Shown: piece by piece, positions 7,969 to 15,735 of the stretch
Position numbering within the stretch: position 1 is the stretch's first letter
Layout: each line of letters opens with the position of its first letter
Source: Candidatus Peribacter riflensis
GTDB taxonomy: Bacteria > Patescibacteriota > Gracilibacteria > Peribacterales > Peribacteraceae
NCBI GenBank assembly: GCA_001430755.1
Contig: CP013062.1
Span: 480,001 to 512,000, forward strand
Direction of reading: 5' to 3'
Length of the DNA stretch: 32,000 bases
The notes under the pieces: model-generated
What the model was told of the DNA's origin: nothing
The model's database searches: none
Seen by the model: the letters and a program-made list of their open reading frames with translations, nothing else
Translations under genes and position numbers: made by a program

Positions 7969-8158
7969 AAATTATGTCTGTGCTAAGTTTGATGGTCACT
8001 TGAAATTTGTGCAAGGACATTTGCGCTACTAAGTACTCTGGCAAGATTATTTCCCATGAAACTTCCTATGCACCTCCTTCAGCTGCGGATCCTTCGCTCT
8101 TGTTCAGGACAAGTTCATCACTTCCCCCGAAACTTCCCCTGCTTCCCTCCACTCCACT

Positions 8159-8419
8159 TCACCTCGCCGCACTCCTCTCTGAGCTCACGTCAGCCAAGAC
8201 AGCGACAATGAGGATGATCACGCGCCACGTGTTCCACTCCCCGTGGTACCAATGCGCGACTGCGCTGTACCAGAGAAGGGTTAAGGGCAGAAAGATAAAG
8301 CCGAGGATCGGCCAGAGCTTTGTGACAAAAACGCCCTGAAACCATGTCGTCATCAACCAGAGTCCGGCGATCACGAATCGCGGTGCAATGAGGCCGATGA
8401 GTCCGATGATGAGTGGCAT
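8159..8419 (-). CDS. small hypothetical membrane protein (86 aa)
   Basis: Internal ATG at 8419 (MPLIIGLIGLIAPRFVIAGLWLM...) of track ORF 8159..8575. It is Trp-rich and hydrophobic, with host-like GC. Confidence 0.5.
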   Translation of the reverse strand: MPLIIGLIGLIAPRFVIAGLWLMTTWFQGVFVTKLWPILGFIFLPLTLLWYSAVAHWYHGEWNTWRVIILIVAVLADVSSERSAAR

Positions 8420-8738
8420 AGGTGGTGAAAGAGGGGAGTGTACACCTGCGGGCCTGTAGAGGAGGTGAGTCAGTGGTCTCTCATCTTCTGAAGCGGCAAT
8501 GATCTTTACAAGCAGGTGTACGCGTGTACACTCGCAGTATGAATTTCTTGAAGAGAGAAAAGCGTGCGCGTACAATACAAGTATTCCTCCCCACGGGATT
8601 CTCCCGTGGCCCCCGGGCGGCCCGAGCCCCCGGGAATCTTTGTATGTTCACATGTCTCAACGCGTAATCGCTTTCATTGATGGTTTCATTTCTTCAGTAT
8701 TCTGCTCAGGCCATTTGTCTTTTGCCCGCTGAATTCGT

Positions 8739-9236
8739 ATGAATGCTCCAGCGCCCAAAAACATCGCATATATTGACGGCGCGAACCTACACAAGAGCAT
8801 CAGTGCCCTCGGCTGGAAACTTGATTACCGTGTGTTTCGTCGCTGGCTGGAACAAAAGTACGGTGTTGAGGCTGTATACATATTCATCGGATTAATCCCT
8901 GCACAGCGTTCACTCTATCTTCGTCTCCAGGAATATGGCTACGTACTGGTCTACAAAGAAGTCACATACGACGGAGAGGGCAGAGTGAAGGGTAATTGTG
9001 ATGCCGATCTTGTGCTCAAGGTCACTCAAGATTACTACGAAGGCCGGATTGCGCAGGCGATTCTCGTTGCGAGTGACGGCGACTACAGCAGTTTGGTCGC
9101 CTTTCTGAAGGAAAAGCGCGTTTTCCGTACGTTACTTTCGCCGAGTAATAATTGTTCGTTCCTCCTGCGAAAGCTCAATATCCCAATCGTCTATCTCAAT
9201 ATGCTCCGAGGGAAGCTGGAGAAGAAAAACCCTTAA
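8739..9236 (+). CDS. NYN domain (LabA/PIN-like) putative RNase
   Basis: IAYIDGANL, KGNCDADLV and VASDGDYSSL match the acidic-residue signature of NYN/LabA-like domains. Confidence 0.8.
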   Translation: MNAPAPKNIAYIDGANLHKSISALGWKLDYRVFRRWLEQKYGVEAVYIFIGLIPAQRSLYLRLQEYGYVLVYKEVTYDGEGRVKGNCDADLVLKVTQDYYEGRIAQAILVASDGDYSSLVAFLKEKRVFRTLLSPSNNCSFLLRKLNIPIVYLNMLRGKLEKKNP

Positions 9237-9244
9237 ACGAAAAA

Positions 9245-9282
9245 GCCCCCGTCACGGACGTATCCGTGAAAGGGTCTTCTTC
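9245..9282 (+). terminator. putative intrinsic terminator after the NYN gene
   Basis: Stem TCACGGA (9252-9258) / TCCGTGA (9263-9269) has loop CGTA and is flanked by CCC/GGG. It is followed by the T-rich TCTTCTTC. Confidence 0.45.
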
Positions 9283-9455
9283 ATAGGGATACTCTCAGTC
9301 TACTCCCATCAACAGGATCATTTCAATACCTATAATTCTATGAGATAAAACTATCTGCTGTGATATTTCTTGTGCACTTCTTTAAATAACGAGAGGGAGT
9401 AACCTTCGGACGGAACCTTAGGTGTGCCCTCTCATCGTGATGCGTGCATCATAGC

Positions 9456-10382
9456 TCATTTCCCATGGAATTTCTTATGAACTTCTTTTAATTGAGGATT
9501 CGTGACGTGTGTATATATTTGGGTTGTTGAAAGATCCTTATGCCCCAGCATCTCCTGCACACTCCTCAAATCCGCCCCATTGCGCAGTAAGTCCGTCGCG
9601 AAGGAGTGGCGCAGGGTGTGTGGCGAAGGATTCGAGAGTATGCCGGCCTCAAGGGCATATCGCTTCACGATGCGGTAGATCATATTTGCGGATATCCTGA
9701 ATCGCTCACCCGGCGGCATCTCGAACGTGGCTTTCTGCAGATGACTGATGAAGAGCGGAGTGAGATGATCGAGTCTCGCTTCGAGGTATGCCTTCAGCGC
9801 GGTGCAGGCGGCGTCAGACAGAAAAACTACGCGCAGTTTTCCTCTCTTTCCGCGAACGCTGATTTCCTTGGTCTTAAAGTTCAGGTCAGTGCGGTTGAGA
9901 GAGCGCAACTCTGCGAGACGCATGCCGGTAGAGAAGAAGAGCTCCAAAATCGCCTTATCTCGCTTGCCCTCGCGGGTAGTGGTATCAGGAGAAGAGAGGA
10001 GGAGTGCGAGGTCATCGGCGAAGAGCACCTTGACCTTGCGCTGTTCCTCTTTGAAGCGCTGGATGCGATCAGGAGGAAGCACGTCCATTTCTTCTTCTTG
10101 AATAAGGTAACGCAAGAAAGCCCGCAGTATTGTCAAATGATGATTCTTTGTACGGATAGAGAGTTCACGTCCATTACGGGCTCGAAATGAGTGAAGCGCC
10201 GTCTTATAGATACGGATCGTCTGCTTACTGAAGAGGAGGGGACTTTCGATTTGAGAGAGCTTCAAAAGAAGATCAAGGGATTGCCTGTAGGACCGGATCG
10301 TAAGAGGAGACTTATTCTGCTCCGCCTGGAGGAAAGTAAGATAGCGGTCAATGGCCTGAGCAAGTGTCGTTGGATGGCTCAT
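9456..10382 (-). CDS. site-specific tyrosine recombinase, XerC/XerD family
   Basis: An N-terminal SAM-like domain is followed by the catalytic signature ...GMRLAEL...HTLRHSFATDLLRNGADLRSVQEMLGHKDLSTTQIYTHV (R, HxxR, H, Y). Confidence 0.85.
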   Translation of the reverse strand: MSHPTTLAQAIDRYLTFLQAEQNKSPLTIRSYRQSLDLLLKLSQIESPLLFSKQTIRIYKTALHSFRARNGRELSIRTKNHHLTILRAFLRYLIQEEEMDVLPPDRIQRFKEEQRKVKVLFADDLALLLSSPDTTTREGKRDKAILELFFSTGMRLAELRSLNRTDLNFKTKEISVRGKRGKLRVVFLSDAACTALKAYLEARLDHLTPLFISHLQKATFEMPPGERFRISANMIYRIVKRYALEAGILSNPSPHTLRHSFATDLLRNGADLRSVQEMLGHKDLSTTQIYTHVTNPQLKEVHKKFHGK

Positions 10383-10415
10383 CGAGCGGGGGAGAGGGGT
10401 TTTCCACAGTACTTC

Positions 10416-11162
10416 CTATTCAAGATAATGCATTTTATCTTGAATAATCAATTGACAGACCAAATGATCTGATTTTGTGATCATAAAGCCAAGAACATCC
10501 GGTTCGAACTCGTCGGGTATGCCATGTTGTGCAATCTCATCTAATGGAAAGAGATGCGTGATGATCATGTAGTAGAGGAGGGCGACCACTTCCCTCCCCA
10601 CACTCTTCAATTCGAAGGGCCAGGAGGGCTCGATGTCGCTCGGGAGGGTACGGATGTCCGGAAAGCCCTGCCGGGAGGCCAGGTACCCGATGCGTGCGAG
10701 GTGATACCGGTCCGAAATACCGATCACAGAGGTGCAGCCGGCTGCGAGGGGCCGGGAGTTTAAGAGGTTCTCCCACGTGGAGCGCGATTCCTCTTCTAAC
10801 GTTATGTCCCCTGCTGCAATGCCTTTTTTCAGCGCGACATCGCGCATCACCTCCGCCTCACTCGCCATGCCGTCCTCCCCCTTGCCGCCAGAGAGAATAA
10901 TGTGTTGTAACACTCCTTCATCGTACAGACGCGCGGCTGTGGCTACTCTGCGGGTAATCCCCGGTCCGGGGAGCGACGACCGGTGCACGGCGGCACCGAA
11001 CACGAGTCCACACACGACTCCCCTGCCCTCTTTCAGGCTCTCAGGGTCAAAAGACCCGTCAAACTGCAGAAAAACAAACGCTGTGAGGAAGATGACGATC
11101 AGCAAGATCGCGCTTACAGAAGCCATAATCAGCCATAGGAGGATGCGGAAAATCTTGCGCAT
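10416..11162 (-). CDS. DUF218/YdcF-SanA-ElyC family protein
   Basis: An N-terminal TM helix is followed by GGKGEDGMASEAEVM and ISDRYHLARI, typical of DUF218. It lies 33 nt upstream of the recombinase gene on the same strand. Confidence 0.75.
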   Translation of the reverse strand: MRKIFRILLWLIMASVSAILLIVIFLTAFVFLQFDGSFDPESLKEGRGVVCGLVFGAAVHRSSLPGPGITRRVATAARLYDEGVLQHIILSGGKGEDGMASEAEVMRDVALKKGIAAGDITLEEESRSTWENLLNSRPLAAGCTSVIGISDRYHLARIGYLASRQGFPDIRTLPSDIEPSWPFELKSVGREVVALLYYMIITHLFPLDEIAQHGIPDEFEPDVLGFMITKSDHLVCQLIIQDKMHYLE

Positions 11163-11168
11163 GACGAT

Positions 11169-12761
11169 TTAAAGGGTGGAACCAGAAACCGGCTCAATGT
11201 AGATGTGCGTGGGGATGGGGGGAAGTTTGGGGCTCCAGGGCGGCCAGACCGAGATCTCGACCTGATCCACCTCGGGAAAGTTCTTCACGATGCGCGCGGC
11301 CTCCTCGACGGGCAGCCCCGCCACCTTCTCACGCACCTTCTTGGCGAATTGGGCGCCGGTGGGCGTGAGGGGATCCAACACGTACTGCTCGGTGCCCGAG
11401 AGATCCACGGTGATCTTGATCCACGACAGGTCGTCGGCGTAGTCGATGACGTGTGCCACAAGACGGTTCATCGTGAGGCTCTGGGGAAGTAAACGCTTCT
11501 CGGCGCGCACGTGCGACTTGAGCTCCGCGATGAGCAGATCGAGGACCGCCTGCGTGTCGTAGGCGTAGGCGGTGTAGACGATGGTGCCCTCGACGGGCAC
11601 GGACGAGACCGGCTGGCCCACGAACTCCGTCGGCAGCACAAAATCTTTAAAGGCGATCTGCGTGAGCTCGTCGTAGTAGAGAATCTCTAACTGGGCATCG
11701 GCATGCTGAGAGTTCCACAGCGTCCGCTCCTCATCCACGATCTGCTTGGCCGTGAGCAGAAGCTCATTCTCGAGATGCTTGCGCGCCACGACGAGATCCT
11801 CCTTGGTGAGCACGGTCCGCGATGACGTGAGCCCGCCCGAAGCCGACACCTGGTTTTCTGCGTAGACTAAGGCACGCTCGGCGGGCGGCAGACCCACGAA
11901 TTCCCACTTGCGCCCGGCAGGCACGTTGCCGCGCTCCCCCACGATTTGCCCATAGAGATCCAGCGGATCCGCCTCCGCGATCACCGTCACGCGTGCCCCG
12001 GGGGCGAGCAGCACTGCTTCCTGAATGCGAAAGACCATGCCGGCCTGATTCGTGAGGCGCGTGCCCTTGCGGAAGGAGTAGGGCTCTTTCGTCGTGTTGA
12101 TCACAATCATGGGTACCTTGGCGCTTTCACCGCTGAATTCCTTGCTGATGCGGTCAAACGTGATGGTGCGGGTAAGGTGCACGCGTACGGGCTTGAGCGG
12201 CATGGTGCGCACGCGGTCGGGAATCTGGGCAATGGCTCCTGTCTGCACGAGAAAGATGTTCACCGTGTGCGTGAGCGTGTCTTCACGCGGCTTCACGCTG
12301 ATCTCGGCCGATGGAAGCAGGCGAAAGAGCACGAAGGCGAAGAGCCCCGTGCTCACGAGAATGAGAACCCAGATGCGCAGCTTGGGCAGCGACAAAATAC
12401 CCATGGTCTGCAGCTGTGACCGCAGCTGCTGCCGCCACAGGTGGGGCGAGAAGACGCGCATGGCCTCCTCGGCCGCCGGATGCCCCTCGAGCACGAAGCG
12501 CATCTCGGCCGTGCTGGAGAGCACGCGAAAGCCGTGCACCCGGGCCGCCTTGATGAGCGAAGAACGCTTTGAGGCAATGCGCACTCTGCCGCGCACCTCC
12601 ATCAGCACCTCGAAGAAACGCTGCTGCTCAACACGGTCTTTGAGCTGGCCCTCCAGTGCGGGCAGCAGGAGCAGCAGTTCGCCGGAAGTCTCGATGGCAC
12701 GTCGGACGAACGCACCGGAGGACTCCCCTTCCATGGGAATGAGAACGATGAGCGGTTCCAT
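11169..12761 (-). CDS. hypothetical single-pass membrane protein (530 aa)
   Basis: A cytoplasmic N-domain is followed by a TM helix (IWVLILVSTGLFAFVLF) and a large extracytoplasmic region. It lies 6 nt upstream of the DUF218 gene. Family not recognised with confidence. Confidence 0.65.
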   Translation of the reverse strand: MEPLIVLIPMEGESSGAFVRRAIETSGELLLLLPALEGQLKDRVEQQRFFEVLMEVRGRVRIASKRSSLIKAARVHGFRVLSSTAEMRFVLEGHPAAEEAMRVFSPHLWRQQLRSQLQTMGILSLPKLRIWVLILVSTGLFAFVLFRLLPSAEISVKPREDTLTHTVNIFLVQTGAIAQIPDRVRTMPLKPVRVHLTRTITFDRISKEFSGESAKVPMIVINTTKEPYSFRKGTRLTNQAGMVFRIQEAVLLAPGARVTVIAEADPLDLYGQIVGERGNVPAGRKWEFVGLPPAERALVYAENQVSASGGLTSSRTVLTKEDLVVARKHLENELLLTAKQIVDEERTLWNSQHADAQLEILYYDELTQIAFKDFVLPTEFVGQPVSSVPVEGTIVYTAYAYDTQAVLDLLIAELKSHVRAEKRLLPQSLTMNRLVAHVIDYADDLSWIKITVDLSGTEQYVLDPLTPTGAQFAKKVREKVAGLPVEEAARIVKNFPEVDQVEISVWPPWSPKLPPIPTHIYIEPVSGSTL

Positions 12762-12823
12762 GAAATCAGTGGCGCTTCATTGTGCCATTCCCGGGCTGGA
12801 ATGGCTAGCGATGTACCAGAATT

Positions 12824-12900
12824 GTCATGGTGAGCCCTGTCGAACCATGACACGTGATGTCGCCCCTCGACAGTGCTCGGGGTGACAAGCTCACCATGAC
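12824..12900. repeat. REP-like 28-nt hairpin units (2.5 copies)
   Basis: GTCATGG-TGAGCCCTGTCGAA-CCATGAC lies at 12824-12851 and GTCGCCCC-TCGACAGTGCTC-GGGGTGAC at 12859-12886. A half unit, GCTCACCATGAC, runs to 12900. Confidence 0.8.
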
Positions 12901-12905
12901 AAATA

Positions 12906-14114
12906 CTACTTCTTCGTCAGTGCCTTCAGCGCCGGCAGCTCCTTGCCCGAAATGAAATCGAGCATGGCGCCACCGCCCGTGCTCACGAAGGTGTAGACAT
13001 CCATCGGGTACTGGTACTTCATGTGGAAGTCGATCGTATCCCCTCCCCCGACGATGGAAACCGCACCCTTCTTGGTCGCATCGCGCATCGCCTCTGCAAT
13101 GCGCTTGGTGCCGTGCGAGAAACGGTTCATCTCATACAAACCGAGGGGTCCGTTCCAGATGATCGTGCCTGATTTTTCGATGATCTTTCGATAGCGTTCG
13201 ATCGTCACCTTGCCGACATCCAGAATCATCATATCGCCCATCACGTTCTCGACCGGCAGATCCAGTTTCTCCGCCTCCTCCGTTGCTTCCGTAGCCACCA
13301 CCACGTCGCGCGGCACGTGCACATCGGCCAAATCCGTTTTTTCACCCTCCAGCATGATCTCCTGCGCTTTTTCCATCTGCTCCTCCTCGTACCTCGAGGC
13401 ACCCACCTCAAACCCCCGTGCAGCGATGAAGGTCGTGGCGATGCAGCCGCCGAGCAGCACGTCGTCACCCTTATTCAGGAAGTACTCGATGACGGGCACT
13501 TTCGTCTCCATCTTGGCCCCGCTCACGATGAGCGTTAAAGGCCGGCGTGGATCATCCACGACGTTCGAGAGATTCTTCACTTCCTGCTCCAGTTGCAGAC
13601 CCATGTAGGCAGGCAGCAGCTTCGGCACACTCGTCATGCTGGCGTGATCGCGGTGGCAGTTGGTGAAGGCATCGTTGACGTACACGTCAGCAAGCGCAGC
13701 GAGCTCCTTGCCGAACGCATCACGCTCCTTCTGGTCTTTGCTGTTCTCGGCTTTCTCGTAGCGCAGATTCTCGAGCAGCAGCACCTCGCCCATCGTGAGG
13801 GCATCTGCCATCTTCTGTGCTTCCGGTCCCCGGCACTGATCCGAAAATTTCACCGTCGCCTTCAGCAGTTTCTCCAGGATGGGGACGAGTGGTTTCTGGC
13901 TCATTGCAGGCACACGTTCGCCCTTGGGGCGGCCCTGGTGGGCCATGAGGATCAGAGCGGCGCCTTCTTTGAGAATATGTTTCATCGTGGGTAGCATCGC
14001 CTGAATGCGCGAGTCGTTCGTCACCTTGCCGCCTTCGATCTCCACATCAAACCCTGCGCGCAGGAGAACCTTCTTACCCTTCAGTTTCGCTTCTTTGAGG
14101 AGGGGGTACTGCAT
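12906..14114 (-). CDS. pgk: phosphoglycerate kinase
   Basis: Full-length PGK-like sequence of 402 aa, with LLRAGFDV...NDSRI...MAHQGRPKG at the N-terminus and the ...STGGGA... motif near the C-terminus. Confidence 0.95.
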   Translation of the reverse strand: MQYPLLKEAKLKGKKVLLRAGFDVEIEGGKVTNDSRIQAMLPTMKHILKEGAALILMAHQGRPKGERVPAMSQKPLVPILEKLLKATVKFSDQCRGPEAQKMADALTMGEVLLLENLRYEKAENSKDQKERDAFGKELAALADVYVNDAFTNCHRDHASMTSVPKLLPAYMGLQLEQEVKNLSNVVDDPRRPLTLIVSGAKMETKVPVIEYFLNKGDDVLLGGCIATTFIAARGFEVGASRYEEEQMEKAQEIMLEGEKTDLADVHVPRDVVVATEATEEAEKLDLPVENVMGDMMILDVGKVTIERYRKIIEKSGTIIWNGPLGLYEMNRFSHGTKRIAEAMRDATKKGAVSIVGGGDTIDFHMKYQYPMDVYTFVSTGGGAMLDFISGKELPALKALTKK

Positions 14115-14521
14115 GCGAAAAGTGTACTGATTCCGGGGATGAATTCGAGTCGAGTGAGATTGACATCACTGCGTTCACCTTTCAGGATGCCCCCCTCATT
14201 CCACACGAACGCAACTCCTTCACCCTCCGAAGCCTTGGCGGAGGAGGGCCTCCTCCGCGCGGCAGGTTCCACGCGATCGAGGAGCGGAATGATCACTTTC
14301 GAAAGATCGTTTCCAACAAGGTATCCCCGGCGGTCGAAGTGGAACATTTCACTCAGGCGCTCGGGCAGGTTTTTCTCCGTCGTGGGATACACATCCAGCG
14401 AGGCGTCGATGCCCCGCTCCCGGAAGGCGGCATTCCACTGCTTCAGGATCCGCGAGGCATCCGGCACATGCCCGATGATGCCGTAGAGCTCGCGGTGGGG
14501 GGAGGGGCGGGGCTTGGTCAC
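14081..14521 (-). CDS. shikimate dehydrogenase (AroE) N-terminal-domain-like protein, truncated or degenerate
   Basis: LYGIIGHVPDASRILKQWNAAFRERGIDASLDVYP resembles the AroE substrate-binding N-domain (G-x-I-G-x-P-x-x-H-S-x-S-P...HNAAF...G). There is no NAD(P) domain. The only in-frame start after the repeat is GTG 14521. It overlaps the pgk start by 34 nt. Confidence 0.4.
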   Translation of the reverse strand: MTKPRPSPHRELYGIIGHVPDASRILKQWNAAFRERGIDASLDVYPTTEKNLPERLSEMFHFDRRGYLVGNDLSKVIIPLLDRVEPAARRRPSSAKASEGEGVAFVWNEGGILKGERSDVNLTRLEFIPGISTLFACSTPSSKKRN

Positions 14522-14545
14522 TCTGGTAGTATGCCATAGAGTAAT

Positions 14546-14601
14546 GTCATCCTGAGCTCTGTCGAAGGATGACGTCATGGTTCGACAGTGCTCACCATGA
14601 C
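14546..14601. repeat. REP-like 28-nt hairpin units (2 tandem copies)
   Basis: GTCATCC-TGAGCTCTGTCGAA-GGATGAC lies at 14546-14573 and GTCATGG-TTCGACAGTGCTCA-CCATGAC at 14574-14601. The loop of the second unit is the inverted orientation of the first. Confidence 0.8.
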
Positions 14602-14603
14602 AC

Positions 14604-15698
14604 TTGTGTATGAGCACCACCTCGCAAATCATCGTCTGGACGAGTCTTGCGACTTTTATGTTCACACTGATCCTGCACCTGCTCGCGCTCAGGCTCTTTC
14701 CGAAGTGGGGCCTTCTGGATTTCCCCGAGCGCTACGGCCTCACACGCCCGCGCATTCCCTACCCCACCGGCATCCTCGCCGTCTTTGTCTTCCTCGTCTT
14801 CTTCGTAACCTTCGAATCCACCCTTGCCTTGAAGCCGTGGTCACTGCAGGCGTGCGGGCTCATCGCCGGCATCGCAGTACTCGCCCTTGTCACCTTTCGC
14901 GATGACCGCCGTCCCCTCCCCTCCTCCGTGCGGCTGCTCACACAGGTCGTCGTCTCTCTCGTGATCTTTCTCACAGGCACGCGCATCTACACACTGACGA
15001 ACCCATTCGCCGCATTGACCGGTCTCGATGTGCTTCCGCTCCACACTCTTCAGCTGCCGATTGCCGCACTCGACAATCCCTCGCTGCTCGGCATGCTCTT
15101 CACCGTGCTCTGGCTCGGCCTCACCATGAATGCCCTCAACTGGTTCGACGGCATTCGCGGGCAGGTGAGCGTGGTGTCGGTCATCGGCTACGTCACGATC
15201 GGGCTTCTGTCACTCAGTGACCGCGTGGGTGATTTTTCGCTCGGCATGATCTCGTTTGCGCTTGCCGCGATCGCGCTGGCCTGCCTGTTCTTCGACCGTC
15301 CCGGCCCCCTCGCGCTCATCGGCGATACGGGAGCCATGTTCTTCGGGCTCATGTTGGGCGTGCTCACCATCTTCACGGGAGGCAAGGTGGCCACGGGGTT
15401 TCTGGTGCTCGGCGTGCCGCTCATCGACTCCGTGATCGTGATTGCCCGGCGCGTGAAGAGAGGAAAATCCGTCTTCCAGGGGGATGCCCAAAGCGAACAC
15501 CTGCATCACCGGTTACTGCGTAAAGGATGGACCGAGTGGCAGATCATCGCGCTCACGGCAGGGCTGGGCGCCGCCTTCGGCACGACGGCGCTCTTTCTCT
15601 CGACCACCGAAAAATTCCTGGCGGCACTCGCACTCTTTCTGATCATGCTGTGGCTTTCCATCTACTCCGGCCGTCGTCCCCTCCCCCCTTCCCCCTAA
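14604..15698 (+). CDS. glycosyltransferase family 4, WecA/TagO-like polyprenyl-phosphate HexNAc-1-phosphate transferase
   Basis: A polytopic membrane protein with NALNWFDGIRG (the NxxNxxDGxDG equivalent), GDTGAMFFG and HLHHRLL. An alternative start is ATG 14610. Confidence 0.8.
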   Translation: MCMSTTSQIIVWTSLATFMFTLILHLLALRLFPKWGLLDFPERYGLTRPRIPYPTGILAVFVFLVFFVTFESTLALKPWSLQACGLIAGIAVLALVTFRDDRRPLPSSVRLLTQVVVSLVIFLTGTRIYTLTNPFAALTGLDVLPLHTLQLPIAALDNPSLLGMLFTVLWLGLTMNALNWFDGIRGQVSVVSVIGYVTIGLLSLSDRVGDFSLGMISFALAAIALACLFFDRPGPLALIGDTGAMFFGLMLGVLTIFTGGKVATGFLVLGVPLIDSVIVIARRVKRGKSVFQGDAQSEHLHHRLLRKGWTEWQIIALTAGLGAAFGTTALFLSTTEKFLAALALFLIMLWLSIYSGRRPLPPSP

Positions 15699-15735
15699 CC
15701 CTATCCCTAACCCTATCCCTAACCCTAAACCCTAT
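15683..15735. repeat. telomere-like CCCTAA/CCCTAT tandem repeat (C-rich on +, G-rich on -)
   Basis: ccctaaccctatccctaaccctatccctaaccctaaaccctat is preceded by C6 and C5 runs, giving eight C3+ tracts with loops of 4 nt or less. It spans the gap between two convergent stop codons (15696-15698 and 15732-15734). Confidence 0.85.

Larger units (their letters stand above)
4147..8000. mobile_element. AT-rich putative horizontally acquired island (R-M module plus orphan operon); no mobility gene inside
   Basis: The composition break is abrupt. For example, the 60-nt line starting at 7501 has 13 G+C, while the line starting at 16441 has 38. The left edge follows the stop at 4146 and carries the palindrome AAGCTTGGCAAGCTT (4157-4171). 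The right edge is near 8000. Confidence 0.6.

Noticed and set aside
4100-8060. Direct repeats (att sites) flanking the island
   Set aside because: The only shared string I found by eye near both edges is the 7-mer TGGCAAG (4162-4168 and about 8038-8044), which is expected by chance. A proper repeat search is needed.
8652-8732. A 26-codon ORF, MSQRVIAFIDGF..., resembling the N-terminus of a second NYN-domain gene just upstream of the real one
   Set aside because: Only about 9 residues (RVIAFIDGF against NIAYIDGAN) support it. That is too short to distinguish a gene remnant from chance without a database search.
9456-10382. The Xer-type recombinase as the integrase of the AT-rich island
   Set aside because: It is 1.5 kb beyond the composition break and separated from it by GC-normal genes. 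It sits 33 nt downstream of the DUF218 gene in a co-oriented housekeeping-looking string (530-aa gene, DUF218, xer). It is more likely a chromosomal XerC/D, but its somewhat lower GC leaves this open.
12824-14601. Whether the 28-nt repeats are a CRISPR array
   Set aside because: The units are directly adjacent or separated by 7 nt, with no spacers of regular length. There are only 2-2.5 copies per locus, each unit is itself a hairpin with flipped loop orientation, and no cas genes are nearby.
15683-15735. Telomere repeats as evidence of a linear replicon end or eukaryotic contamination
   Set aside because: Both repeat loci are short (about 40-50 nt) and imperfect. Both are embedded between intact bacterial genes on either side.
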